Shown one piece after another: positions 15,739 through 25,312 of a stretch of DNA of 46,672 nucleotides. The stretch is from positions 1 through 46,672 of the IMG/VR virus record IMGVR_UViG_3300006046_000003, one strand, 5' to 3'. Under the pieces are notes generated by a model. The model saw only the letters and a list, made by a program, of their open reading frames with translations, made no database searches and had not been told where the DNA came from. The position numbers were made by a program, and so were the translations under genes. The first letter of the stretch is position 1; every line of letters begins with the position of its first letter. This DNA is from a virus. Lineage: Duplodnaviria > Caudoviricetes.

Positions 15739-16993
15739 TTTGTATGCACCGGAATCAGATTCTGGTGGTGGTACGACAACTGCTGATGAAAATCTTGACA
15801 CATTTGAACTGTTAAATGAAGAAACCTCTGATGAAGTCTTGGATCTCTCTAAGACTCCTGAAAAAACTAAAGAGGAAGGTGAAGAGGAAGGTGAAGTTGA
15901 GACGGAAGAAGAGGAAGTTGACGAATTAAAGGAAATTGAAGAAGAATTAAAGGGACCATCAGAAGAAGATCTGGAGTTAATGACTCCAGTTCGCAGGAAG
16001 GAAATTCTTGCGAAGTATCCGAAGCTGTTCAAGGATTTTCCGTATCTTGAGAAGGCATATTATCGTGAGCAACAGTTCACGGAAGTATTTCCTACCATCA
16101 ATGATGCGAAATTAGCCGTTGAAAAAGCCGGAGTGATGGATAATATAGAACGTCAGGTAATGTCAGGAGACATTACGACGATTCTACAGGCGGCAAAGTC
16201 GGAAAACAACGAAGCATTCTTAAAAATTGCCGACAATTATCTTCCAACACTCCGAAAAGTTGATCAACAGGCATATTATCACGTATTGGGTGGTGTTGTA
16301 AAAGATACCATCGTTACAATGGTACGTGAGGCACGTTCTCTCGGAGAACAGGGCGCACCATTACAGGCGGCAGCTAATATTCTGAATCAATTCGTCTTTG
16401 GTTCACAGAATTTTCAGCCGCATCAGCCACTCAGTAAGCAGAGTAGGCCGGAAGAGCAGAATAGGGAACAAGAATTTCAGCAGCAAGATCGTCAGCGTGT
16501 AATGACTCAGTTTGAGTCAACACGAGAGGATCTTCAGACGCGCGCAGACAATGTTCTAAAATCAACGATTGATCAGCATATCGATCCCAACAAGACGATG
16601 ACTGATTACGTGAGAAATCACGCAACGAAAGAGGCATTTGAAAAGTTAGAAGATCTTATCTCCAAAGATACGCGCTTCCGTGGGTTACTCGATAAACTCT
16701 GGGAACGTGCATTCAGCTCAAATTTCAACAAGAGCGATACGGATAAGATCAAGTCAGCCTATCTCTCCAAAGCTAAAACACTGTTGCCTTCAGTTATAAA
16801 AAAGGCCCGAAACGATGCTTTGAGGGGATTAGGTCGTCGTGCAAGTAGTGATAGTGATACGGAAGAAACATCGACTCCTAAGAAGAGTCCAATTACGCCC
16901 GGTCGTTCCACGACCCAATCGTCCAGTGGAAAAATCAAATCAGGTAAAGATATTCCACGCGGTATGTCCACCTTGGATTTCTTAAATTCATAG
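15719..16993 (+). CDS. capsid scaffolding protein
   Basis: Acidic N-terminus, helical middle and basic Ser/Thr C-terminus; directly before the MCP. Confidence 0.7.
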   Translation: MRQLFNNLYAPESDSGGGTTTADENLDTFELLNEETSDEVLDLSKTPEKTKEEGEEEGEVETEEEEVDELKEIEEELKGPSEEDLELMTPVRRKEILAKYPKLFKDFPYLEKAYYREQQFTEVFPTINDAKLAVEKAGVMDNIERQVMSGDITTILQAAKSENNEAFLKIADNYLPTLRKVDQQAYYHVLGGVVKDTIVTMVREARSLGEQGAPLQAAANILNQFVFGSQNFQPHQPLSKQSRPEEQNREQEFQQQDRQRVMTQFESTREDLQTRADNVLKSTIDQHIDPNKTMTDYVRNHATKEAFEKLEDLISKDTRFRGLLDKLWERAFSSNFNKSDTDKIKSAYLSKAKTLLPSVIKKARNDALRGLGRRASSDSDTEETSTPKKSPITPGRSTTQSSSGKIKSGKDIPRGMSTLDFLNS

Positions 16994-17015
16994 GAGGACT
17001 GATTGGGGATTACTA

Positions 17016-18269
17016 ATGGCAGTTGTAGAAGCACAAGTCGCTGCAACTGAACTCGAAAAGGTAATTGATAAAGTTCGAGTTCTGTTTGAGCGCGACGATA
17101 AGTTCTACTCAAACATCAAGAAGCGCGATGTTGAGAAGATTTCTCATCGTCAGATGCGTGTGCCTCTTGAATTGCGTCCCGGTGGTTCATTCCAGTATTT
17201 CAACCCCGATGGTGGAGATCTGGGACGAGGCGGTGGGCCGACATTCGATAAGGCCGTACTTAATTCAGTGTTCCTCTCAGAGAACATTGAATACACCAAG
17301 TTAAGTCAGTGGGCTACTGATGATGCACGTAAGGCCATCATCAATTCAGTTCGCAGACTGACTGCTACTGCATTAGATGAATTCAGGCGTCAGCTTGATT
17401 CTCAGATGATGCAGTCTGGTGATGGCGTCATTGGCGTTGTCACTACTGATACTCCTGCTGGTGGTTCTAACGTCATTAGCTGCACTACCGATGGTTTCGG
17501 TGTGCGCTTAATGCGTTATGATCAGACTGTTCAGGTGTGGGATGCTGCTCTTGCAATCAATCGTGGTTCTGGTAAGATTACAGGCTATGATGTTGAGAAC
17601 AAGACAATCACTGTCACTCCTCAGATTGCTGGTGTCACTGGTACAGATAAGATCGTTACCAATGGTATCACTTCTCCTGCCTCATTACCGGGTCTGTTCG
17701 GCGTTCCTTACCATCACTCCAATTCGTCGTCTGGAAATTGGTTAGGATTCAGCCGTAGCACGACTCCTGAAATCCGTGCAAATCGTGTTAATGCTGCTGG
17801 TGTGGGACTTACCCTCCCTCTTCCACGTCTTGCCATTAACAAGATTGGAAATCGAGTTGGTATTGACAACTCGTTCAATCCTCGTGCATGGACGCATCCC
17901 TGTCAACAGCAGGCGTATGAGGAAATCGGTCAGTTAGTTTCCACGATACAGAAGGCAGCCAAGGAAGAAGGGCTGAATATGTATTTCAGTGGTGGCAATA
18001 TGCAGCTTGCTGGTGCTGCTATTTCACCATCGTATTCGTGGGATAAGACTCGTATCGATTTCATCGTAGATGAAGTTTGGGGACGTGCAGAAATTCTCCC
18101 AATCGGATTCTACACTACTGATGGTCGTAAGATCTTCGAGATTCGTGGACCGTCTGGTGGCGTAGCTACTGCTGAAATCTTCTACATGGTTGTGGGTATG
18201 CAGACATACGTGTCTAATCCCGCTGCATGTAGCTATATCGATAACTTAGCTGTCCCAGTGGGGTACTAG
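17016..18269 (+). CDS. major capsid protein
   Basis: 417 aa after the scaffold; strongly biased codons; HK97-like layout inferred from synteny. Confidence 0.85.
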   Translation: MAVVEAQVAATELEKVIDKVRVLFERDDKFYSNIKKRDVEKISHRQMRVPLELRPGGSFQYFNPDGGDLGRGGGPTFDKAVLNSVFLSENIEYTKLSQWATDDARKAIINSVRRLTATALDEFRRQLDSQMMQSGDGVIGVVTTDTPAGGSNVISCTTDGFGVRLMRYDQTVQVWDAALAINRGSGKITGYDVENKTITVTPQIAGVTGTDKIVTNGITSPASLPGLFGVPYHHSNSSSGNWLGFSRSTTPEIRANRVNAAGVGLTLPLPRLAINKIGNRVGIDNSFNPRAWTHPCQQQAYEEIGQLVSTIQKAAKEEGLNMYFSGGNMQLAGAAISPSYSWDKTRIDFIVDEVWGRAEILPIGFYTTDGRKIFEIRGPSGGVATAEIFYMVVGMQTYVSNPAACSYIDNLAVPVGY

Positions 18270-18273
18270 AACA

Positions 18274-18582
18274 ATGCCTATCCCTGCATCCGATTGGGCA
18301 CAGTTGAATCCGGTCAATTTCGTAGCACCTGTTACGTTAGCAAGTGCTGCGGTAATTGCACCTACTTCATTCTTCACTGTACTGACTGGTAACGTCGCAG
18401 TGGGTACAATTACACCTCCTGTTCCTCACGCGCATATGCTCGCACTTCAGTTCGCTGGAACTGGTGGTGTGGCAGCTACTGCGGGTGTTGGTGGTGTTTT
18501 GACTACTACTGCATCAGTTGCTGGTCAGGTGATGTTGTTAGTGTACAATCCTTCTACACAGAAATATGTGCCAGTAGGATAA
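18274..18582 (+). CDS. small beta-strand virion protein (decoration/cement-like), paralog of 18716..19006
   Basis: TLASAAVI...LTGNVAVGTITP...LLVYNPSTQKY. Confidence 0.75.
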   Translation: MPIPASDWAQLNPVNFVAPVTLASAAVIAPTSFFTVLTGNVAVGTITPPVPHAHMLALQFAGTGGVAATAGVGGVLTTTASVAGQVMLLVYNPSTQKYVPVG

Positions 18583-18586
18583 CTAT

Positions 18587-18686
18587 GGGTGTCAGCTCGT
18601 TTATGCCTATCATTTTGATTATATGCTTGCTAATTCTGGCGAGATTTATTAAGAGATAGGATGCTATGACCCGCGAGCTGACACTC
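18587..18686 (+). other. ~100-nt intergenic stem-loop enclosing a 24-codon hydrophobic ORF (18585..18659)
   Basis: GGGTGTCAGCTCG/CGAGCTGACACTC outer stem, inner CCTATC/GATAGG; ORF MGVSSFMPIILIICLLILARFIKR. Confidence 0.6.
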
Positions 18687-18715
18687 ACTCATTCTCATGG
18701 TGGATGGAGGAGAGA

Positions 18716-19006
18716 ATGATCCCAGGATCAGTTAGTAAACTTGTTGAACAGTCTGTAGCTTCAGCAGCCACTATTACAGCGAAAGCTGATATCGTGAAAG
18801 TTAGTGGAACTACACAGATTAACACTATCATTCCGGGACTTGGAACTAGTCATGGTCAGTTCCTCGTTTTGGTTCCTACGGATGGTGCTGTTACACTTGG
18901 AACCTCGGGTAACATCTTGGTAGGTATTGCCGCAGCACAGAATCGTGCTGTGTTCCTTGTGTTTGTGAAATCACTCGGTAAGTGGCTGATTAACTCGGGC
19001 GTGTAA
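18716..19006 (+). CDS. small beta-strand virion protein, paralog of 18274..18582
   Basis: GGAGG RBS; SVASAATI...VSGTTQINTIIP...FLVFVKSLGKW. Confidence 0.75.
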   Translation: MIPGSVSKLVEQSVASAATITAKADIVKVSGTTQINTIIPGLGTSHGQFLVLVPTDGAVTLGTSGNILVGIAAAQNRAVFLVFVKSLGKWLINSGV

Positions 19007-19053
19007 GCCAATAAGAGTGGGGCGCGCATACTGTACACGCGCACGCGTATATC

Positions 19054-19590
19054 ATGGAATCAGTAGAAACGATCAATCAACGTCTTATCGATTATTACGG
19101 GCTTGATGTAGCATCAGATAGACCCATATTTCGTATCGTATGGGCTAATGAACAGTTAGAGAAACGACGAGTAGATGTTACTGAAGCTGGTATTGAACTT
19201 TTATTTCCAGAAGTTGTAGAAATAAAAAAGTACTCATATCTCAAGGATTTATATGTCCTTGAACGTCTTGTCGTAGTTCCTGAAGAATATCAGCGTGAAC
19301 TAGGCGTGAAGACATCGTATGAGCCTCTTTGGGCGTTTGCTGATGAGAACCGTAATCCTCTTCCTCCTCTCTGGAGTGCAGCTAAGTTCATTATTGATAC
19401 TATGTATGCTGCACTTGGTAAGAGTAATATGGCGAAATACGTAGAGGACGAGAAACAAACTACTCCTGAAGGTCGGGAGCAGCGTATTACCGAATTGCAA
19501 GAGGAACTGTTCGGTAACGAGACAGAAGTAGGCGATGCTCTCAGATATCGCGAGGGTATCGTTGTTCCTCCAAATTACAAGGTGAATTGA
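19054..19590 (+). CDS. hypothetical protein
   Basis: ORF track; operon packing. Confidence 0.8.
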   Translation: MESVETINQRLIDYYGLDVASDRPIFRIVWANEQLEKRRVDVTEAGIELLFPEVVEIKKYSYLKDLYVLERLVVVPEEYQRELGVKTSYEPLWAFADENRNPLPPLWSAAKFIIDTMYAALGKSNMAKYVEDEKQTTPEGREQRITELQEELFGNETEVGDALRYREGIVVPPNYKVN

Positions 19591-20294
19591 TGCCAATCCA
19601 AGTGGGAGAATTTCCCGGACTGAATGTTCCATCTAATCGTCGTACTATTCGTGCACCTGTGAATCCACTGGATAAATCTACTGTAGTATCAATTCTTCCG
19701 AAATATATCAATGAACGTAAAGCCACGATTTCGCCGGGGGTATTTGAATTACTTCCGGGTTCGTTTGAGAAACCATCAATTCTCGTGGTTGGTACGAGTA
19801 GTTGGTGGCGTGAAATTGACGAGGGTCAACCCCTACTTGAAATCACTGTATCATCAATTCAGGTAGCCGATTCAATTGTACGTGATTACTCGAACGGATT
19901 ACTTGCCTGTGATATGGCAGAATTGATGCCGGGATTATTCTATGTCCCCGGTGAATTCGATATTACCAAACTGAAAAAGGATCATATGCCTTCACTGATG
20001 AGGGCACAGGCAAATCAGAAGCGTTGGTTCATGGAATTAATCCGTATCGCGGATATTCTGTGGTCACGTTCTAATGGAAATCCACTTTCAATCTCAGATG
20101 ATGCGCGTATGGCATGTCGTGAGATGAATATCACGAATAAACCGTGGTTGGGTGATCTTCAAACTGCGGAACTTATTCGTTGTGTCGCGTGTGGTGCGTT
20201 ACGTAATCCTGCGTTCCCAATTTGTCAGTCATGTCATGCGATTATTGACAAGGAACGTGCAAAAGAACTCGGTTTAACCTTTGCAAATCAGTAA
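19590..20294 (+). CDS. hypothetical protein with C-terminal Zn ribbon
   Basis: CVAC...CQSC. Confidence 0.8.
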   Translation: MPIQVGEFPGLNVPSNRRTIRAPVNPLDKSTVVSILPKYINERKATISPGVFELLPGSFEKPSILVVGTSSWWREIDEGQPLLEITVSSIQVADSIVRDYSNGLLACDMAELMPGLFYVPGEFDITKLKKDHMPSLMRAQANQKRWFMELIRIADILWSRSNGNPLSISDDARMACREMNITNKPWLGDLQTAELIRCVACGALRNPAFPICQSCHAIIDKERAKELGLTFANQ

Positions 20295-20297
20295 AAG

Positions 20298-21593
20298 ATG
20301 GCTACAAAACAGGAAATACTTGCTGAACTGACAGCAGCAGAAGGCCATATAGCCACGGCCAAACAAATGGTTGATAGTACAGGTACGCCTGCTCCTATTC
20401 CACCACCATCGTTAGACTACGTAGAAGTCAATCCGGGTGATAATATCATGCAAATGATACAGGATCACGCGGCAGGAACTAAGTTCCACCTTCACGATGA
20501 GTTCGTACAGGATTGTGGTATTGAAGCTGCATTTCCTAAGCCTTGCACACTGTTCTCTAAGCGTGCAACACTCATCGGAATCTTCTACGCCATACCGAAT
20601 ATGCACTTCATTGGGATGACACTCAATGGAGCGAATAGCAACACTATCTTGACTGGAGCTGATAATGTCAAGTTAGATGCTTGCACACTGAATGGTAATG
20701 TCGGAGGACAGCATCGCGGTATTCTTGCGAATTGCAGAGGAATGCGTATTCGGAATACGAAGATCCTCAACATCGCTAAGGATCAAGATACGCAGGCTAT
20801 TCTCGGCACGAACTACACTGATGATTTGGAAGTTCTTGGATGTCAGTTAGAAGCATCAGGAGAGAATATCCTCTTTGGCGGAGATACTTCAGTCTCTGAA
20901 GCTGCTATTCCGAAGAATATCAAGATTAAGGGTTGTCTAGTCACTAAGAAATTAGAGTGGAAAGACAATCCGGCTACCTGCAAGAATTTGATTGAAATCA
21001 AGCAGGGAACTGACATTGAAATTACTGACAATGTCCTCGAATATTCGTTCGTAGATGGACAAACTGGATACGCATTCGTTCTGACGGTTCGGAATGAATA
21101 CGGACAGTCTCCGTGGGCTACAATCAGGAATCTGAGAATTGAAAACAATCACATTCAACATGTAGCTGGCGCATTCCATCTGCTTGGACGAGATGACAGA
21201 GGTTCTAACTATCCTTCTCAAATCATGAATAATGTTCTGATTAAGAACAATAGGATTGATGATATGAGCTGGGAATGGGGTGGAAACGGACGACAGATCT
21301 TCATTACTGGTGGACCTGATAAGGTTACATTCGATGGTAATGAATTTGATTGTCCTACACTTCCAAATAGCGCACTGAGCTTCGATCAACCACAGTATCT
21401 GGTAACTGACTTAGTAATCAAGAATCAGATGATGGTTGATGGAGAATATGGAATCATTGGAACATCGTCACCGGGATTAGGCACTCCCGCACTTGAAATG
21501 TATGCTCCCGGTTATAAGTGGGAGAATAATACTATCAAAATTATGGGAGGAAATCCCTACGTTAGTTGGCCTGCGGGAACTAGCTTCATTTGA
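20298..21593 (+). CDS. right-handed parallel beta-helix (pectin-lyase-like) protein
   Basis: Repeated V/I-x-I-x-N-N-x-I rungs (IEITDNVLE, LRIENNHIQ, VLIKNNRID, VTFDGNEFD). Confidence 0.8.
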   Translation: MATKQEILAELTAAEGHIATAKQMVDSTGTPAPIPPPSLDYVEVNPGDNIMQMIQDHAAGTKFHLHDEFVQDCGIEAAFPKPCTLFSKRATLIGIFYAIPNMHFIGMTLNGANSNTILTGADNVKLDACTLNGNVGGQHRGILANCRGMRIRNTKILNIAKDQDTQAILGTNYTDDLEVLGCQLEASGENILFGGDTSVSEAAIPKNIKIKGCLVTKKLEWKDNPATCKNLIEIKQGTDIEITDNVLEYSFVDGQTGYAFVLTVRNEYGQSPWATIRNLRIENNHIQHVAGAFHLLGRDDRGSNYPSQIMNNVLIKNNRIDDMSWEWGGNGRQIFITGGPDKVTFDGNEFDCPTLPNSALSFDQPQYLVTDLVIKNQMMVDGEYGIIGTSSPGLGTPALEMYAPGYKWENNTIKIMGGNPYVSWPAGTSFI

Positions 21594-21606
21594 TAGGAAG
21601 GAAACG

Positions 21607-21828
21607 ATGCCACATCAGGTTACGGTAACAGGAGTTGTAGGACCGGGTCGTACAGTTACAGCTGCCGTGATTCCAAACGTCACAGAAGTAACATTCGTTC
21701 CTGATCCCAAGCAGCTTAAGTTGAAGACTAACGATCCAAACAACGCTAACAAGGATTTCGATATTTCAGCTGCTACTACTGTTACTTGCACAATCACTGG
21801 TGGTAATTACGCGTTTGTAGTTAGCTAA
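21607..21828 (+). CDS. small beta-rich virion protein (start re-assigned to 21607)
   Basis: AGGAAGGA RBS; MPHQVTVTG... Confidence 0.7.
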   Translation: MPHQVTVTGVVGPGRTVTAAVIPNVTEVTFVPDPKQLKLKTNDPNNANKDFDISAATTVTCTITGGNYAFVVS

Positions 21829-21836
21829 GGCAGATC

Positions 21837-22511
21837 ATGAGCACAACATCATTAACGGCTGGTGACGTAATGGATCGTGTGGCAGCGTTAATGAATGATC
21901 CTGCCAAAACTGATTACACATATTTAGCTCAAGTGATGTATCTAAATATGGCAATTGATGAATTATGCGAAGAATTGGAGAACTCCAATGCCACCGCAAC
22001 TAATCAAACATCACTGGTAATCAAGGTAGGAGTAGGGGAGAATCAAATCCCCTCTCCTCCTGCCGACTTAGTAGAAATTCAGAGTGTCGGTGAAAGATTA
22101 GCCGGAACTCTAGATGGTTTCATTAAGATGGATAGACGAGAATTTGTTCCGGAATTTCCACCCAATAATGCATTAATTTATTGGGCTTGGGAGAACCAGA
22201 AGATCAAATTCAATCCGCGTGGTGCTCTGACTGCGCGTGAAATTCAAATTCAGTATGTTCGCCAGCCAATTTTACAGGCACAGGATGAAAAATCAATCAT
22301 CGGTGCCATAAATGCGCGTTCATACTTGACATTCAAGACTGCTGCTCTCTGTGCAATGTTCATCGGCGAAGATGAAAATCGCGCAAAAGTTCTCGATGAA
22401 CAGGCAGATCGAGCATTAGATCGAGTTGAAGGAATCAACAATAAGGGCAGACAGCAGATGATGACCCGTCGTAGACCATTTAGATCAGCATTCAAAAAAG
22501 GTGGTTATTAA
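21837..22511 (+). CDS. head-tail adaptor / tail tubular protein A-like
   Basis: TAGDVMDRVAALMND...YLNMAIDEL N-terminal pattern, size and position. Confidence 0.7.
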   Translation: MSTTSLTAGDVMDRVAALMNDPAKTDYTYLAQVMYLNMAIDELCEELENSNATATNQTSLVIKVGVGENQIPSPPADLVEIQSVGERLAGTLDGFIKMDRREFVPEFPPNNALIYWAWENQKIKFNPRGALTAREIQIQYVRQPILQAQDEKSIIGAINARSYLTFKTAALCAMFIGEDENRAKVLDEQADRALDRVEGINNKGRQQMMTRRRPFRSAFKKGGY

Positions 22512-22900
22512 TGGCGTCTGCCTCAAATGTCAAGATTCATGTTACATATCGAGGAGATGTTCTCCTTGATGTAACTGCTGATTGTGCTGAGAACGTCAAT
22601 GCATTTCCGCAGTTTGAAGTAATTACTCTAGAACCAGATGTGATTACTCTAGTTACTCCACCGGCTGATCCAGTTGGCGCAATTCCAAAAGGCGTATTAA
22701 TTCTACCTCCAGCTGGTAATACTCTCAATTGGGGATTACGCACTCAACCTGATCCAACTGGAGATGGTTCATTTCCTAGTGGTTTTCAGGCAATGTTATT
22801 TCACAAGACTAATCCTGTCTTTCTAACAATTGGGCAACTTCAGGGTCTTTATTTCCAAGCTGTAGCAGGTCTGTTAAAGCTCACATTCATCTGGGTCTAA
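22511..22900 (+). CDS. hypothetical virion protein
   Basis: TAATG coupling. Confidence 0.7.
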   Translation: MASASNVKIHVTYRGDVLLDVTADCAENVNAFPQFEVITLEPDVITLVTPPADPVGAIPKGVLILPPAGNTLNWGLRTQPDPTGDGSFPSGFQAMLFHKTNPVFLTIGQLQGLYFQAVAGLLKLTFIWV

Positions 22901-22902
22901 TC

Positions 22903-24999
22903 ATGCTGCGCGGACATGAACCATACGTAATCGAGCGTTTCGGCGGACTATGGGAACGTGGTGATCCTGAGTCTGCTCCGGGTGATTGTTTCACTTTAGC
23001 TGATAATATTCAGTATTTCGATTCAGGATTTGAGACGAGAAATCCACTCGACATATACATGGCAGCTTCTCTGGGTCCAATCACCAGAGTATATGACTAT
23101 GTTACCATTGATGGTCAATCTCTACTTGTACATTATGTTGGTGGAGTAATTTTTCATATTAAAAATGGTGTAGCAACTCAGATTCTTGCCATTGCAGGAA
23201 TGGAAGATTTTGGATTCGTTGCTATGGGTGGACGCGCATTCATTACACCCATCAAATCACTCACTGACGCTCAAGGAATGTATTATGAACTAGGAATGCA
23301 AAATCAGTTCGTATACGTGTATGATGGAAATCCAGCTCATGTACCTGCGCGTAAGGCAGCGGGATTTCCTCCTTCTAATACTACTCCACCTAACCTTGTA
23401 CCTGCAACTAATGCGTTGAAGCCATTTTTAGCCTATCCATCAATTGAAGTCGGTAAAGTTACACAAGGTATTCATTCCATCGTAGTTACATTCAATGGAG
23501 GATTACCGGGTCCATCTACAACAGGTATTGATCCACCTGCATACAGTTTTAGAATTGTAAGTTCACCTTTTGGCAAACAGATTCAGTTAAATAATATTCC
23601 ATTAGATCCTAATGTTTCAAACTATCCACGTATAATTCAAATGACGAAGGGGATTCCCCCTGAAACATTTGATCCAGATCCACTTAAATACATTTATTAT
23701 ACTGTATTAACTATTCCAAATAATACAGAAACAAGCGCACTCATCAATGTCTCAGATGAAGAATTAGGAGATGCAACTCATCCTCCTTATACACCAAGTG
23801 GTATTCCTGAACCGTTTACGGGTGCATTATGGGTAACTAATACGAAGGTAGAAGGATTCAGTGATCTGGGATTTCATATGGTCGCTGTGGTCTATGAAAC
23901 AGATACAGGCTATCTGACTGCACCCGGACCTGAATTCTATGGTGGACAAACATACATCAATACTAAAACATCAATAAAAGTCAGCAATATCCCTATTGGA
24001 CCATCATACGTCAAGAAACGGCATTTAATCTCGACTAAACGGATTGATTCTTACAATGGAGATCAGAAGGGTTATCAATATTTCTTTATTCCAGAGGGAA
24101 ATATTGACAATAACTTCGATACATTCAAATTAGTCAAATATTATGATGCAGATCTATTAGATGATGCATCTCATCTTCTTGATAACTTTTCTGAGATTCC
24201 TGCTGGTGTAAATCTCAACACCTATCACTCTCGATTAGTCATAGTTGGTGAATACGGTACAACTGAGTCCTTAGAAGGAATTTTACCTCCTCAGGTGGAT
24301 AACAGGTCTGTAGCTAGATTAAGTGCGCCCGGAGAACCTGAAGCAATATCGAAGGTAGATGGCTTAATCATAGCTCCATTGGATGGAAATCCACTAACTC
24401 ATTGTCAAGAGTTCCGTGATGTGCTGTATTTGTTCAAAAAGACACGCACTTACGGCTACTCAGACAATGAAGATGTTCCCGCATCATGGAGAGAACAGGT
24501 TATCGATCAAGGAGTTGGCGCACCAATACATGGTATAGCGACTGTCCTTGATTCTGGTGGCGTAAACATCGATTATCTGTTAATTGCAGATTTATCGGGT
24601 TTAATGCTGTTCAATGGCGTCTATTCACGACCTGAATTATCGTGGAAAATCGAGAACTTCTGGAGATCATTCAATCGAAATGAAATGAGATCCATGCAGA
24701 TCGTGAATGACTCACTGAATAAGAAGATATGGATTGTACTTCCCCCACCTCTGAGGAATTACGTATTACATGCAAATTACGAGGATGGACTTGACGCAAA
24801 AAACATCAAATGGTCAAAATGGAAATTTGATCAACTGATGAATGGTGTTGCTTTAATTGAAACTGACAAATTAATTCTCACATCCACAGATGGAGTCTAT
24901 TTCATTAATCCAACTAAACCTACATGGTATGACACATACTATTCTGTAATTAAGAAGATACCAGATCCAACTGTACGCACGGCATTGTTAGGAGAATAG
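22903..24999 (+). CDS. tail nozzle / stabilisation protein (P22 gp10 or tubular-B-like)
   Basis: FGGL...ADNI N-terminus, beta-propeller-like repeats (YHSRLVI, FRDVLYLFK, GVGA) and position. Confidence 0.7.
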   Translation: MLRGHEPYVIERFGGLWERGDPESAPGDCFTLADNIQYFDSGFETRNPLDIYMAASLGPITRVYDYVTIDGQSLLVHYVGGVIFHIKNGVATQILAIAGMEDFGFVAMGGRAFITPIKSLTDAQGMYYELGMQNQFVYVYDGNPAHVPARKAAGFPPSNTTPPNLVPATNALKPFLAYPSIEVGKVTQGIHSIVVTFNGGLPGPSTTGIDPPAYSFRIVSSPFGKQIQLNNIPLDPNVSNYPRIIQMTKGIPPETFDPDPLKYIYYTVLTIPNNTETSALINVSDEELGDATHPPYTPSGIPEPFTGALWVTNTKVEGFSDLGFHMVAVVYETDTGYLTAPGPEFYGGQTYINTKTSIKVSNIPIGPSYVKKRHLISTKRIDSYNGDQKGYQYFFIPEGNIDNNFDTFKLVKYYDADLLDDASHLLDNFSEIPAGVNLNTYHSRLVIVGEYGTTESLEGILPPQVDNRSVARLSAPGEPEAISKVDGLIIAPLDGNPLTHCQEFRDVLYLFKKTRTYGYSDNEDVPASWREQVIDQGVGAPIHGIATVLDSGGVNIDYLLIADLSGLMLFNGVYSRPELSWKIENFWRSFNRNEMRSMQIVNDSLNKKIWIVLPPPLRNYVLHANYEDGLDAKNIKWSKWKFDQLMNGVALIETDKLILTSTDGVYFINPTKPTWYDTYYSVIKKIPDPTVRTALLGE

Positions 25000-25000
25000 T

Positions 25001-25312
25001 ATGCCTCAAGGTTCGGCTGCAAGTGATGGATCTTCAGGCGAAAACATATCTCATTTCGCTGCAATCCGAGTGCGTGTGACTGGGACTGGTAACTTGTTGA
25101 TGCAAGTGAGTTCACTTGATAATGTTAAAACTAAGACTTTAGTTCCATTCACTCTGCAAGCTGCAAATCGAATCATTCCAACTAGATTAGTGAATTTCAC
25201 TGAACAGCGTGCATCATTTGAATTGAAAACGTCTATAATAGGAGAGAAATTCAGGATTAATCGAATTGTAGTATTTATGAAGGAAGTCGCATCCTCGTAT
25301 CCGGGGTCATAA
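25001..25312 (+). CDS. small beta protein, possibly the separated C-terminal domain of the nozzle
   Basis: Starts 1 nt after the nozzle stop; ends with a FELK...FRINRIVV pattern like nozzle C-termini. Confidence 0.6.
   Translation: MPQGSAASDGSSGENISHFAAIRVRVTGTGNLLMQVSSLDNVKTKTLVPFTLQAANRIIPTRLVNFTEQRASFELKTSIIGEKFRINRIVVFMKEVASSYPGS

Noticed and set aside
24997-25003. Stop-codon reassignment or TAG read-through
   Set aside because: The next ORF is in a different frame, genes are full length under code 11, and no suppressor tRNA is present.
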